Positions 1 to 9,747 of a DNA stretch of 64,000 bases are shown here, piece after piece. The DNA comes from an uncultured Gammaproteobacteria bacterium (GTDB lineage: Bacteria > Patescibacteriota > Microgenomatia > PFEM01 > JAPLYW01): contig OZ246397.1 of assembly GCA_965230945.1 (NCBI GenBank), positions 539,925 to 603,924 on the forward strand. The letters are read 5' to 3'. The notes beneath the pieces were generated by a model. The model saw nothing but the letters and a program-made list of their open reading frames with translations. It was not told the DNA's origin and ran no database searches. Numbering within the stretch: the stretch's first letter is position 1; each line of letters opens with the position of its first letter. A program made the translations under genes and the position numbers.

Positions 1-1651
1 ACGTATCAATTAATTGGGCGGAAAGGGTGGCATTGCCTTGTTTAAAGGCCACAACTGCTAAGGTGGCTGTTACTAGACTGATTTGATTTTGATAGATGGG
101 TTCGTTGGGGCGAATATTAACAGCCTTTTGAAGTTCCTTGAAAGCTGAGTTTACATGACCGGCTTTATTTAATTTTTCACCTAAGGCAAGGCGGCTGTCG
201 GCATACCAATAACGAACCACAGAGGTAATTAGAGTCAAGGCTGAGATGAGAATAAAGGTAAGTGTAAGCAATTGCCATGTCCTTAATTTAAGATTTTTAT
301 TAATTATCATTTCTTTTTCTTGGGAAAGATTGATGACAAAGAAAGCCGGCAGGAGAAAAAACAAAAGGGCAACGACAACTACAGAGAAACCAAAAAAGTT
401 GGTTATTAAAATGCTTATAAAACCGGCCAGCAAGGCAAGGTTTAGACTATTTTGCTTTTTGATCGTCTTTTTTAGCCCCCAGATGAGAAAGGTGATGATT
501 AAGGTCAAATAGCCAAGTAAGCCAGCGGTTCCTGTAGTAGCGGCAAAGTTCAGGTATTCATTATGGGCTTTGTTGTATAAAAAATCCCATTCACTGATAT
601 CGTTATGCTCTCTGGGTCGATACCAGTAATAGGAATAAGCAAAGGTTTCTAGTCCAGTGCCAAAAAGAGGATGGTTTTTCCAGACAGCTAAGCCTCCTTT
701 CCAGACAATTTTGCGGATTTCTCCTGATTCGGTACCGCCTGAAGGAATTTGGTTTTCCTGGACTACAGCTTGTGGTTTTGCTTTTTTTGAGGCTAAATCT
801 TTAATACTTGGTGTCCAAGGAGTACCTGACAAAAAGGTAACCACAAAGACAAGGCCGGTGACGATAAGGAAGGGTTTAATAAGAACTTTAATTTGCTCTT
901 TGTTAAAGAAGACAATTCCTGCCCAAAAAATCAGATAGATAATGGCAAAGCCGATGATCCCAGAGCGTGATTTAGTATATAAAAGGCAAAGATAGAGAAT
1001 AAAGATTAAACCTAAATTTAGCCATCTAACTTTTTTGAAGTTTATTTTAAAAGGGAGGGGGTTTTGGTTTTTCAGGAAGAAGGCCATGGGGATGGTTAGT
1101 AGAGCTACCAACCAGGCTGCTAGCCAATTAGGTTGACCTAGGGTGGAAAAGACTCGGTTTTGGACATCTTGAACCCAAAAGCGGGCATCAATACCAAAAT
1201 GTTCGGCAATACCATAGAGAGAAACAATGGTAGCTGAAGCAAGAAGACAGCGGATGCCTGTAGTTAACTGGGTTTTTCCTATATTAGAAACAAAAGCCCA
1301 ATAAAGAATAAGATAGCTAAAGGTTGAAAGCAAGCCACCATTGAAACGAGAATAATAACCCCAAACTGAAGTATGGCGGTCGATTGAAAAGACAGTGGCT
1401 AAAACTTGAGTAATCAAGAAGATAAGCAGGGGTATATCCCAAAATGTTTTTTTAAAGATAATTTTTCGATTGAAAATCATTTTTATCAGCCAGGCTGTAA
1501 GAATGATAATGGTCAGAAGATAGACAAGCAGCATTTTGTTAAACTCAAAGAGTTCGTAGTTCCAAGGAGTCATTGTAAGAGGGACGAGGAAGAAAAGGAG
1601 ATAAAATGAGCCAGTAATTAGCCGATTGCAAATTCTTACGGGCTTTAACAT
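1..1651 (-). CDS. O-antigen ligase/polymerase-like (Wzy_C type) polytopic membrane protein with TPR-like tail; partial, 3-prime end lies outside the window
   Basis: Not in the ORF track because it runs off the left edge. Manual minus-strand translation from ATG (complement of 1649-1651) stays open to position 2: MLKPVRICNRLITGSFYLLFFLVPLTMTPWNYELFEFNKMLLVYLL... It is strongly hydrophobic, contains KAHNEYLNFAATTGTAG (O-antigen-ligase type motif) and ends in YWYADSRLALGEKLNKAGHVNSAFKELQKAVNIRPNEP (TPR-like). Confidence 0.6.
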   Translation of the reverse strand, partial: MLKPVRICNRLITGSFYLLFFLVPLTMTPWNYELFEFNKMLLVYLLTIIILTAWLIKMIFNRKIIFKKTFWDIPLLIFLITQVLATVFSIDRHTSVWGYYSRFNGGLLSTFSYLILYWAFVSNIGKTQLTTGIRCLLASATIVSLYGIAEHFGIDARFWVQDVQNRVFSTLGQPNWLAAWLVALLTIPMAFFLKNQNPLPFKINFKKVRWLNLGLIFILYLCLLYTKSRSGIIGFAIIYLIFWAGIVFFNKEQIKVLIKPFLIVTGLVFVVTFLSGTPWTPSIKDLASKKAKPQAVVQENQIPSGGTESGEIRKIVWKGGLAVWKNHPLFGTGLETFAYSYYWYRPREHNDISEWDFLYNKAHNEYLNFAATTGTAGLLGYLTLIITFLIWGLKKTIKKQNSLNLALLAGFISILITNFFGFSVVVVALLFFLLPAFFVINLSQEKEMIINKNLKLRTWQLLTLTFILISALTLITSVVRYWYADSRLALGEKLNKAGHVNSAFKELQKAVNIRPNEPIYQNQISLVTATLAVVAFKQGNATLSAQLIDT

Positions 1652-1700
1652 AAGTTTAAGTATACCATGGATAAAGTAAGTGTGATAAAATTGTTTTGAA

Positions 1701-2762
1701 ATGAAATTAGGACCACTTTCTTCGTTTATTTCTGCTGATTTGGGTATTGATTTAGGGACATCTAACACCCTTGTTTTGGTTCGAGGAAAGGGAATTGTCA
1801 TTAGAGAAGCTTCGGTTGTAACTCGCCATAAAAAAACCAAAGAAGTTTTGGCTATTGGGAGGAAAGCTAAAAAGATGGTAGGCAAAACCCCTCTTAACAT
1901 TGAAACAGTAAAGCCTCTTCAAGATGGAGTCATTGCTGATTTTGATGCCACCGTAGCCATGCTTTCTCATTTTATTCAGAGCCTTTCTAGGGGAGGGAAT
2001 TTGTTTTCTAAATTAGTCAAACCTCGAGTAGCTCTAGGTATTCCTTCAGGAGTAACTGAGGTAGAGAGAAGGGCTGTTCAAGATGCGGCCTTAAGTGCCG
2101 GAGCCAGAAAAGCTTATTTGATAGAAGAACCTATGGCGGCTGTTATAGGTTTAAACTTATCTATTGATCAGCCACAGGGAATTTTAATCGTTGATGTTGG
2201 TGGAGGAACAACGGAAATCGCCTTAATTTCTTTAGGGGGTATTGTCGTTGATCGCTGTTTAAGAATTGCTGGTGATGAGATGGATCAAGCCATTATTAAT
2301 TTTATTAAATTGAAGTACTCCTTGCTTTTAGGACAGGCGACAGCAGAAGATTTGAAGATTCAGCTTGGTTCAGCTTTAGCTCCTAAGGTAGAAGATGGGA
2401 AGGAAAGACAGTTGGTAGTCCGAGGCAGAGATTTAGAATCAGGTTTGCCTAAGTCAATCAAAATCCAAAGCAGTGAAGTTAGAGAGGCGATAGCGCCGGT
2501 TATTCGCCAAATTATTGATCAAATTTCTGATCTGGTTGAAGAGGCCCCGCCTGAATTGGTGACCGATATTGTTGGCAAGGGAATTGTTCTTTGTGGGGGG
2601 GGAGCCTTAATAGCTAATTTGGATAAATTGATTGCTGAAGAAACAAAAATGCCAGTTTGGGTGGCAGATGAACCGCAGACTTGCGTTGTTAGGGGTTGTG
2701 CTAAGTTACTTTCAGATGAGAAACTACTTAATAAGTTTAAAGTAATTGGTGGTTTAAGGTAA
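1701..2762 (+). CDS. mreB: Rod shape-determining actin-like protein MreB
   Basis: DLGIDLGTSNTLV phosphate-1 motif, DVGGGTTEIA, LCGGGALI; followed by mreC/mreD/PBP2. Confidence 0.95.
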   Translation: MKLGPLSSFISADLGIDLGTSNTLVLVRGKGIVIREASVVTRHKKTKEVLAIGRKAKKMVGKTPLNIETVKPLQDGVIADFDATVAMLSHFIQSLSRGGNLFSKLVKPRVALGIPSGVTEVERRAVQDAALSAGARKAYLIEEPMAAVIGLNLSIDQPQGILIVDVGGGTTEIALISLGGIVVDRCLRIAGDEMDQAIINFIKLKYSLLLGQATAEDLKIQLGSALAPKVEDGKERQLVVRGRDLESGLPKSIKIQSSEVREAIAPVIRQIIDQISDLVEEAPPELVTDIVGKGIVLCGGGALIANLDKLIAEETKMPVWVADEPQTCVVRGCAKLLSDEKLLNKFKVIGGLR

Positions 2763-2815
2763 ATTGCTCTTTTAATTTTAAATATTTAAGTAAAAATTAG
2801 GTAAGGGAGGCAAAA

Positions 2816-3214
2816 ATGTTTTGGAAAGTTTTTTGGGGGATTTGGATTGTTCTTGCTGTTCTGTGCATAGGATTTTTTATGTATTACTTAGCTACATTGC
2901 CAGAGGTCAGTTTTCTATTAGAGGAAAACAAGACGCTTAGTGAAGTTGATGTAACTTGTAGTTCTGGTCCTAGTGAAGTAACTGTGGTGTGGGAAAAACT
3001 AGGAAATGACGGAAAGCCGATAACAGAAAGTTTCAGTGCACCAGGGAGCGGATTTCTGAACTTGATTAAATCAAGGCATATTCAAGAAAGTAGGCAAGGG
3101 AGAGAACTATTCATAACACTTAAACCATTTTGGCTTGCTCTTTATTTCTTTTGGAGTGTTTTATTCGTTTCTACAATAATGGTTTTAAGATACATTTTTA
3201 AAACACTAAGATAG
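2816..3214 (+). CDS. Hypothetical membrane protein (N- and C-terminal TM helices)
   Basis: SD-like GGGAGG 6 nt upstream of the ATG; hydrophobic termini; no recognisable family. Confidence 0.4.
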   Translation: MFWKVFWGIWIVLAVLCIGFFMYYLATLPEVSFLLEENKTLSEVDVTCSSGPSEVTVVWEKLGNDGKPITESFSAPGSGFLNLIKSRHIQESRQGRELFITLKPFWLALYFFWSVLFVSTIMVLRYIFKTLR

Positions 3215-3286
3215 CGGTGATATTATATTACTGCATAGTCATTACCGCTATCTTGATCTTCCTCCCTTGCCTTTCTTTATTAGAAG

Positions 3287-3309
3287 AGTCGCTTAAAAGA
3301 CGACTTTTT
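3287..3309 (+). terminator. Rho-independent terminator-like hairpin
   Basis: AGTCG (3287-3291) pairs with CGACT (3301-3305), followed by a T-run; downstream of 2816-3214. Confidence 0.45.
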
Positions 3310-3359
3310 GGTGTAAGAATTCTATAGGATTTAATTATTTGGAAGTTATAGGGCTAAAC

Positions 3360-3388
3360 TTGACAAACTCTATAGGATATGGTATTCT
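3360..3388 (+). promoter_or_regulatory. Sigma70-like promoter candidate
   Basis: TTGACA (3360-3365), 17 nt spacer, TATTCT (3383-3388); upstream of 3491-3676. Confidence 0.35.
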
Positions 3389-3490
3389 AGCATTTAGAAA
3401 TAGGCAGAAGCTTGTTTCTTATCGCACATTACAAATAGGGCAAGAAACGTAGTAATCATGTAAAAAAGAATCGAGTAAGGAGTAAAAGAA

Positions 3491-3676
3491 ATGGAAAAGA
3501 GTCGTAGGAAGAGAACTGTTTGGGGTTATTTCCGCCTTGTAATCCAAATCGTAGTGATTGCAATAGTTGGTATTATGGTAGCGATTGCTATTTTAAGCAG
3601 AGCTGGCTTAAAAGATTTGATATTCGTTATAGTGGTGGGAATAATCTTGCTTGTAATCAGTCGTTTTTGTGACTAA
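3491..3676 (+). CDS. Small two-TM membrane protein, hypothetical
   Basis: SD AAGGAG upstream; basic N-terminus (KSRRKR) then two hydrophobic helices. Confidence 0.4.
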   Translation: MEKSRRKRTVWGYFRLVIQIVVIAIVGIMVAIAILSRAGLKDLIFVIVVGIILLVISRFCD

Positions 3677-3729
3677 TAGTTTTAGTTAAACTTTGCCTGT
3701 GGGGGCATGGCTTTAAGCTAGGAGGAAGA

Positions 3730-3849
3730 ATGATTATTATTGGAACGATTATTTCAGGGATTTTTATTTGCACAGCAGTTTTGCTTATAGGTAACGGTAA
3801 GTTATCTAAAATAATATCTCATGGAAAATCGTATAGAAATAGGTGGTAA
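3730..3849 (+). CDS. Small hydrophobic peptide (39 aa), hypothetical; below the ORF-track size cut-off
   Basis: Manual read: GGAGG 5 nt upstream of ATG 3730; MIIIGTIISGIFICTAVLLIGNGKLSKIISHGKSYRNRW, stop at 3847-3849. Confidence 0.3.
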   Translation: MIIIGTIISGIFICTAVLLIGNGKLSKIISHGKSYRNRW

Positions 3850-3937
3850 GTTTGGTGGCGAGGATTCGTTCTAATTGCGGATTATTATCCTCCTATCAAA
3901 CTCAACCTAAATTTTCTTGCCCTTTTTTTTCAAGAAG

Positions 3938-3960
3938 GTCGCCTAACCAGCGGCTTTTTT
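3938..3960 (+). terminator. Rho-independent terminator
   Basis: GTCGC (3938-3942) pairs with GCGGC (3950-3954) including one G-U pair, 7-nt loop, then T6 (3955-3960). Confidence 0.5.
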
Positions 3961-3987
3961 GTTGGCTTTCTATGTTAGAATAAGGCG

Positions 3988-4788
3988 ATGAAAGATAAGT
4001 GGTTTAAAAAGATAAGCTTTTTATTTTTAGCTTTGGTATTACTTTCTTTTTTACTCTTTTGGTTTGATAAACAAAGTTGGATTTCTCCTCTTTTTGCTTT
4101 AATTAGAAAACCCATTAATAAGACGGAGGAAAGCTTCTTTAATTCTTATAGATATTTTTCTTCTTTTTTTTCTTTTTCAGGCAGAAAAGCTAGTGAAAAA
4201 AAGATTATTAATCTTGAGGGTAAATTACATTATCTGGCTTTAGATCAGAATGAATTGACTTCCTGCTTAGAAGAGAATAAAAGAATAAAAAGATTATTGG
4301 GGGCTTCTTTGCCTATTAAATGGAAATTTATGGAAGCCAAGGTTATTGGTGTTTCAGAGAAAATGAAGATCGCCAGAGGTAAAAGGGATGGCCTGGAAGA
4401 GGGAGTAAATGTTATTTCTGAAGATGTTTTGGTGGGCAAGGTAGTTTTCGTGGATGAAGATAGCAGTTTGGTACAATTGGTCAATGATCCTAGCTCTAAG
4501 ATTCCGGTGGTAGTTAAAAGGCCTAAGATGGCTGGTTTTCAAGCCAGAGGTCTTTTATTTGGGCAGTCAGGGAAGACCTTACTTTTAGATAGGGTACTGC
4601 AGGCAGAATTTATTCAGAAGGGGGACTTGGTAGTGAGTAGTGGCGATGAGGGTTGGTTACCAGATTTATTAATTGGGCAGATAGAAGAAGTTTCTCCCAA
4701 GTCAGCTGAGGTTTATCAAAAAGCGAGTGTTAGTCCCTTAGTTAATTATCGGGGTTTAAGTCTCGTTTTTCTTGTTGTCCGCCAATGA
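3988..4788 (+). CDS. mreC: Rod shape-determining protein MreC
   Basis: N-terminal TM helix, coiled segment, beta-rich C-terminus (GDLVVSSG, LLIGQIEEV); position between mreB and mreD. Confidence 0.85.
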   Translation: MKDKWFKKISFLFLALVLLSFLLFWFDKQSWISPLFALIRKPINKTEESFFNSYRYFSSFFSFSGRKASEKKIINLEGKLHYLALDQNELTSCLEENKRIKRLLGASLPIKWKFMEAKVIGVSEKMKIARGKRDGLEEGVNVISEDVLVGKVVFVDEDSSLVQLVNDPSSKIPVVVKRPKMAGFQARGLLFGQSGKTLLLDRVLQAEFIQKGDLVVSSGDEGWLPDLLIGQIEEVSPKSAEVYQKASVSPLVNYRGLSLVFLVVRQ

Positions 4789-5219
4789 AAGCTTATTTAA
4801 TTTTATTACCAGTTTTTTTTCTAGCTCTTTTACAGGGGTCCTTTTTAGGCTTTAATTTGGTTCTTTTGCTGGTTTTGTTTTATGTAGTTTTAAAGCAGAA
4901 TAGACAGAGTTTATGGGTAGCTTTTTGGTCTGGCTTAATTTTGGATTTGGCCAAAGGTCATTACTTAGGGCTTTCTGCCTTGATCTTTTTGTTTTTTAGT
5001 TTCTTGTTGATTTTATATTTCCGTCGCTTTCAGGCAACTAATTGGCTTTTTTTGGTAATTTTTGTGGCTCTTTTTTCTGGTGCTTATTCTCTTTTGGTTT
5101 ATCGCTTTTTTGATTGGAAAGAAGTTTTGTTTTTAATTATTTTGGCTCTTTTAGTACGCTTCATCTTAAGATTTTTCTCTATAGAATTGGCAACTAAACA
5201 GATAAGATTAAGGAATTAA
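4785..5219 (+). CDS. mreD: Rod shape-determining protein MreD
   Basis: ATGA overlap with mreC; about 5 TM helices; synteny. Confidence 0.7.
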   Translation: MKAYLILLPVFFLALLQGSFLGFNLVLLLVLFYVVLKQNRQSLWVAFWSGLILDLAKGHYLGLSALIFLFFSFLLILYFRRFQATNWLFLVIFVALFSGAYSLLVYRFFDWKEVLFLIILALLVRFILRFFSIELATKQIRLRN

Positions 5220-6854
5220 ATGGATAACAAAACACGAGTTTATATTTTCTTAGGCTTTTTAATTATTGGTTTCCTGCTTTTAACAGCTCGTTTATTTGAA
5301 CTGCAGATAGTTTTTGGTTCTAAAAACAGAGTTTTAGCTGAGGGTAACAGAATTAAAAAAGAGATTATTCCTGCTCCTCGAGGGATTATTTACGACCGTT
5401 ATGGTAGGGAGTTGGTAAGAAACATACCTCTTTACCGACTAAAGATTGAGAACGAACAGTGCAAGGATGAAGATAAAGATTGCTTTAGGATAATTTCCCG
5501 GGAAGAAGCCTTGAGTTTAGAAGCAAAAGGAGATGTAGATAATCTACAAATAAACATTGGTCGTAATTATTTATATAAAGAATCTTTAGCTCATGTTTTA
5601 GGTTACCTAGGAGAGGCAACTAAAGAGGAAGTAGAGTTAGGCAAATTTAAAATGGGAGATTTAGTGGGGCGAATGGGGGTAGAGGAAGAATATGATTATC
5701 TATTACGAGGCCAAGATGGAGGTGTAATTTACGAAGTTGATACTCATGGAAATAGAATTAGAGAAATTGGACGGGTTGAACCCGTACCAGGAAAAGATTT
5801 ACATCTTACCATTGATGCCGAGCTTTCTGCCAAAGCCTATGAAGCCTTGGGAGGCCAAACGGGAGCCATAGTTGTTTCTAGGGTAGATGGTAATGAGATT
5901 TTAGCTTTAGTCTCTTCGCCTGCCTTTAATCCTAACCTTTTAAGTAGGACAGATGGTGAAGGTGATAGGCTAACTAAAAAAGTTCAAGAATTATTTGATA
6001 ATCCTAATAAACCTTTTTTTAATCGGGCCATTAGCGGGGTTTATCCACCTGCTTCGACTTTTAAAATTGTAACCGCCGTTGCCGGTTTAGAAGAAGAAAA
6101 GATTGATAAAGATACCATTTGGAATGATACCGGTGAAATAAGAGTAGGCGAATATGTTTACCGGAACTGGTACTTCATTCAATACGGCAAGACAGAGGGG
6201 GAGATTAATTTAATAACAGCTATTAAACGATCCACAGATACTTTTTTTTACAAGGTAGGTGAGTGGGTGGGCCCAACTCGTTTATCTGAATGGGCAACAG
6301 CTTTTGGTTTAGGCCAAAAGACTGGCATTGCTCTTCCAGGAGAAACGAAGGGTTCTGTTCCCAGTCCAAAGGAAAAAGAAAGATTGAAAGGCGAACGATG
6401 GTTTTTAGGAAATACTTATCATTTTGCTATTGGCCAGGGAGATATCTTAACTACTCCTTTACAAATTAATACTATGACTAGTGTTATTGCCAATGATGGT
6501 GAATTATGTTCTCCCATGGTATGGAAAGAGGAAAAAAAGAACTGTCAGAACTTAAGACTTAAGCAAGAATCTTTAAAGTTAGTTAAAGAGGGAATGAAAG
6601 AGGCTTGCTCGCCAAAAGGAACAGCTTTTCCTTTCTTTGAATTTAAACCTCAAGTGGCTTGTAAAACGGGAACAGCTGAATTTGGTGATCCGCAAAACAA
6701 AACTCATGCTTGGTTGACTGCTTTTGCTCCCTTTTCAGAAGATGGCAAAGCAGAAATTGTGGCCACGGCTCTAGTAGAAAAGGGTGGTGAAGGTTCTTAT
6801 ATAGCTGCGCCTATAGTCAAAAAGGTAATGGAGTATTATTTCCATGAAAGATGA
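5220..6854 (+). CDS. mrdA: Penicillin-binding protein 2 (elongasome transpeptidase)
   Basis: PAPRGIIYDRYG, PASTFKIVTA (SxxK), KTGTAE (KTG); follows mreBCD. Confidence 0.9.
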   Translation: MDNKTRVYIFLGFLIIGFLLLTARLFELQIVFGSKNRVLAEGNRIKKEIIPAPRGIIYDRYGRELVRNIPLYRLKIENEQCKDEDKDCFRIISREEALSLEAKGDVDNLQINIGRNYLYKESLAHVLGYLGEATKEEVELGKFKMGDLVGRMGVEEEYDYLLRGQDGGVIYEVDTHGNRIREIGRVEPVPGKDLHLTIDAELSAKAYEALGGQTGAIVVSRVDGNEILALVSSPAFNPNLLSRTDGEGDRLTKKVQELFDNPNKPFFNRAISGVYPPASTFKIVTAVAGLEEEKIDKDTIWNDTGEIRVGEYVYRNWYFIQYGKTEGEINLITAIKRSTDTFFYKVGEWVGPTRLSEWATAFGLGQKTGIALPGETKGSVPSPKEKERLKGERWFLGNTYHFAIGQGDILTTPLQINTMTSVIANDGELCSPMVWKEEKKNCQNLRLKQESLKLVKEGMKEACSPKGTAFPFFEFKPQVACKTGTAEFGDPQNKTHAWLTAFAPFSEDGKAEIVATALVEKGGEGSYIAAPIVKKVMEYYFHER

Positions 6855-7725
6855 AAAGAAATATTGGTTAGGTTTTAGTGCCTTTGCGGGTATTGGTCCT
6901 AAGAAGTTCTTTCTTCTTAGAGATTATTTTGGCTCTGCTAAAAAAGCTTGGCTGGCTTCTTCTTTTGAGTTATTAAAGGCTGGCTTAGGTCAAAATCTGC
7001 TGACGAGTTTTGTTGAATTTAGAAAAAAACTAGATTTAGATTCGTATTTTCTTCGTCTGCGTGAAAACGGGATAGAGTGCCAAACACTAGAAGATAAAAA
7101 TTATCCAGAAAACTTAAAAAATATTGATAATCCGCCCTTTCTGTTATTTGTGAAAGGAAATTTAAAGACCAATGATAAATGGGCGATAGCTGTTGTTGGC
7201 TCAAGAAGGATGTCTAATTATGGAGAGTTGGTTACTAAAAAATTAGTTAAGGATTTGGTCGGTTTTAATTTAACCATTGTTTCTGGTCTAGCGCGGGGTA
7301 TTGATACCATGGCTCATAAAACGGCTTTAAGATTTAAAGGAAGAACGATTGCCGTTTTGCCTTGTGGTTTAGATATGGTTTATCCGCCGGAAAACAAAAA
7401 CTTGGTTAAGCAAATTATTGATAAGGGAGGAGCCGTGGTTTCTGAATATCCACCTGGTTTTCGAGTTTCAAGAGGTAATTTCCCAGCCCGCAATCGCATT
7501 GTTTCCGGACTGTCTTTAGGGGCTTTAATTATTGAAGGAGCAGAAAGGTCAGGTTCTTTAATTACCGCTCGTTTGGCAGGTGAGCAAGGCAGGGAAGTTT
7601 TTGCCGTTCCCGGTCAAGTTACTTCCAAAAACTCCTTTACGCCTTCTTTGCTTATTAAGATGGGGGCTAAGTTGGTTTGGGATGTTAATGATATACTGGA
7701 AGAATTAAATCTTAAAAAAAGATAA
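6844..7725 (+). CDS. dprA: DNA processing protein DprA/Smf
   Basis: IAVVGSRRMSNYG, GLARGIDTMAHK, FPARNRIVSGLS, GSLITA; dprA-topA synteny. Confidence 0.85.
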   Translation: MKDEKKYWLGFSAFAGIGPKKFFLLRDYFGSAKKAWLASSFELLKAGLGQNLLTSFVEFRKKLDLDSYFLRLRENGIECQTLEDKNYPENLKNIDNPPFLLFVKGNLKTNDKWAIAVVGSRRMSNYGELVTKKLVKDLVGFNLTIVSGLARGIDTMAHKTALRFKGRTIAVLPCGLDMVYPPENKNLVKQIIDKGGAVVSEYPPGFRVSRGNFPARNRIVSGLSLGALIIEGAERSGSLITARLAGEQGREVFAVPGQVTSKNSFTPSLLIKMGAKLVWDVNDILEELNLKKR

Positions 7726-7751
7726 GAAATGTTTTATTATTTTTATTAAAG

Positions 7752-9740
7752 ATGAAAAGTTTAATAATAGTTGAGTCGCCTACTAAATCGAAAACCCTAT
7801 CTTCCTTTCTGGGAAAGGATTACAAAGTTATTTCGACCATGGGCCATATCAGGGATTTGCCAAAAGAGAAACTTGGAATAGAGATTGTTAAGAAAGATAA
7901 TAAAAGCTATGATTTCTTGCCCCAATATACTCTTTTAGATAAGAAAAAAGAGACGATTAAAAAATTAAAACAAGAAACAGGTAAGGCTAAAAAAGTCTTT
8001 TTGGCTAGTGATTCGGATCGTGAAGGAGAATCAATTGCTTATCATGTGGCCGCCATTTGTTCTAAGAAAAAGGAAAAAGATCCTAAGTTCCTAAGAATTA
8101 CCTTTCATGAGATCACTAAATCCGCTATTCAAAAAGCCTTAGCCAATCCGGGGAAAATTAATCTTCAGCTGGTTGATGCTCAACAGGCGAGAAGGCTCCT
8201 TGATAGGCTGGTCGGTTACAGACTTTCACCTCTTTTATGGCGCAAGATAAGAAGAGGTTTATCGGCCGGGAGGGTGCAGTCAGTGACCGTGCGTTTGATT
8301 GTTGAAAGAGAAAGGGAAAGAGAAAAGTTTATCCCAGAAGAGTATTGGGATATATTAGCTTATCTTCGTAAGCATATTGGTGGTCAAAAAGAAGGGGCAT
8401 CTACTTTTTACGCTAAGCTATTAAAAAAGAATAACAAGCCTTTTAAAGTTGAAAAAGAGGTACAGGCAGAAGAGGTTGTTAAGGACTTGCAAAAGGCTAA
8501 TTATGAGGTAGGCGATGTTGAAAGAAAAGAGGTTTTTCAAAATCCACCACCTCCTTTTACGACTTCTACCTTACAACAGATTGCCTCTCGTCGTTTAGCT
8601 TTTTCAGGGAAAAGAACGATGCGCGCCGCCCAATCGTTGTATGAAAAAGGTCTTATTACTTATCATCGAACCGATTCTTTTAGTCTTTCTTTACAGGCAG
8701 TAGGAGAGATAAGAAATTATATAGAAAAAGAAAAAGGGAAAAATTATCTTCCCGAAAAGCCAAGAATTTACAAGACAAAGTCTAAGGTCGCCCAAGAAGC
8801 TCATGAGGCCATCAGACAGACGAATGTTAATCGTCAAATTGAGGAAAAGAAAATAGGGAGAGATGAACAAAGGCTTTATAAATTAATTTGGCAGAGAACA
8901 GTCGCTTCGCAAATGAAATCAGCTATTTGGGATCAGGCAAAAATTAACATTCAGGCGATCAGTCAAAAAGATCTTTATGGTCTTTTAGTTGAAGGCAAGG
9001 TGATGAAATTTGATGGTTGGTTTTCTCTTTATGAATTCAAAGATAAGGAAGAAGAACTCCCTGATCTTAAAAAGGGTGATGATTTAGATTTAATTGAAAT
9101 TAAGAGCGAGCAGAAATTTACCCAGCCACCGGCAAGATATACAGAGGCAAGTTTAACTAAGGCCTTAGAGGAAAGGGGGATTGGCAGGCCTTCAACCTAT
9201 GTTCCCATTATTTCTACCATTCAAACAAGGCAGTATGTCGAGAAAGAAGAAGGTAAATTTAAACCAACACCATTGGGTGAAGTGGTTAATGACTTTCTAA
9301 TTGAATATTTCCCCCAAACCTTTGATTATCAATTTACGGCCAAAATGGAAGATGAACTTGATGATATTGCTAATGGTAAAAGAGAATGGATTTCGGTGAT
9401 GAATGATTTTTACAAACCTTTTGAAGAAAAACTGGAGGCTGTGACAGAGGTAGCTGAAAGAGTTCAAGTGCCTACAGAAGTAACAGGGGAAGATTGCCCT
9501 GAATGTAAAAAAGGCCAGTTGGTTATAAGAGTTGGTCGCTTTGGAAAGTTTATATCTTGTTCTAGGTTTCCTGATTGTAAATATACCGCTCCTTTTGTGC
9601 AAACAGTAGAAGGGATTAAATGCCCTAAGTGTGGTGGAGAAGTGGTTGTCAAGAAGACTAAAAAGGGTAAACAGTTTTACGGTTGTTCTAATTATCCAAA
9701 ATGTAATTGGGCTTCCTGGAAAAAACCAAAAACAGCTTGA
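7752..9740 (+). CDS. topA: DNA topoisomerase I
   Basis: Toprim start LIIVESPTKSKT, DSDREGE, catalytic YHRTDS, two C-terminal C4 zinc ribbons (CPECKKG...CSRFPDC; CPKCGG...CSNYPKC). Confidence 0.95.
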   Translation: MKSLIIVESPTKSKTLSSFLGKDYKVISTMGHIRDLPKEKLGIEIVKKDNKSYDFLPQYTLLDKKKETIKKLKQETGKAKKVFLASDSDREGESIAYHVAAICSKKKEKDPKFLRITFHEITKSAIQKALANPGKINLQLVDAQQARRLLDRLVGYRLSPLLWRKIRRGLSAGRVQSVTVRLIVEREREREKFIPEEYWDILAYLRKHIGGQKEGASTFYAKLLKKNNKPFKVEKEVQAEEVVKDLQKANYEVGDVERKEVFQNPPPPFTTSTLQQIASRRLAFSGKRTMRAAQSLYEKGLITYHRTDSFSLSLQAVGEIRNYIEKEKGKNYLPEKPRIYKTKSKVAQEAHEAIRQTNVNRQIEEKKIGRDEQRLYKLIWQRTVASQMKSAIWDQAKINIQAISQKDLYGLLVEGKVMKFDGWFSLYEFKDKEEELPDLKKGDDLDLIEIKSEQKFTQPPARYTEASLTKALEERGIGRPSTYVPIISTIQTRQYVEKEEGKFKPTPLGEVVNDFLIEYFPQTFDYQFTAKMEDELDDIANGKREWISVMNDFYKPFEEKLEAVTEVAERVQVPTEVTGEDCPECKKGQLVIRVGRFGKFISCSRFPDCKYTAPFVQTVEGIKCPKCGGEVVVKKTKKGKQFYGCSNYPKCNWASWKKPKTA

Positions 9741-9747
9741 TACCTTT

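Noticed and set aside
246-1609. Three plus-strand ORFs in the track (246-512, 657-938, 1406-1609).
   Set aside because: They lie antisense to a continuous 550-codon minus-strand frame with a clear membrane-protein / O-antigen-ligase character. Their own translations are low-complexity and lack start context.
9631-9747. Upstream extension of the tmk ORF (track start at 9631).
   Set aside because: It overlaps the topA zinc-ribbon coding region in another frame. The conserved kinase sequence begins after ATG 9748.
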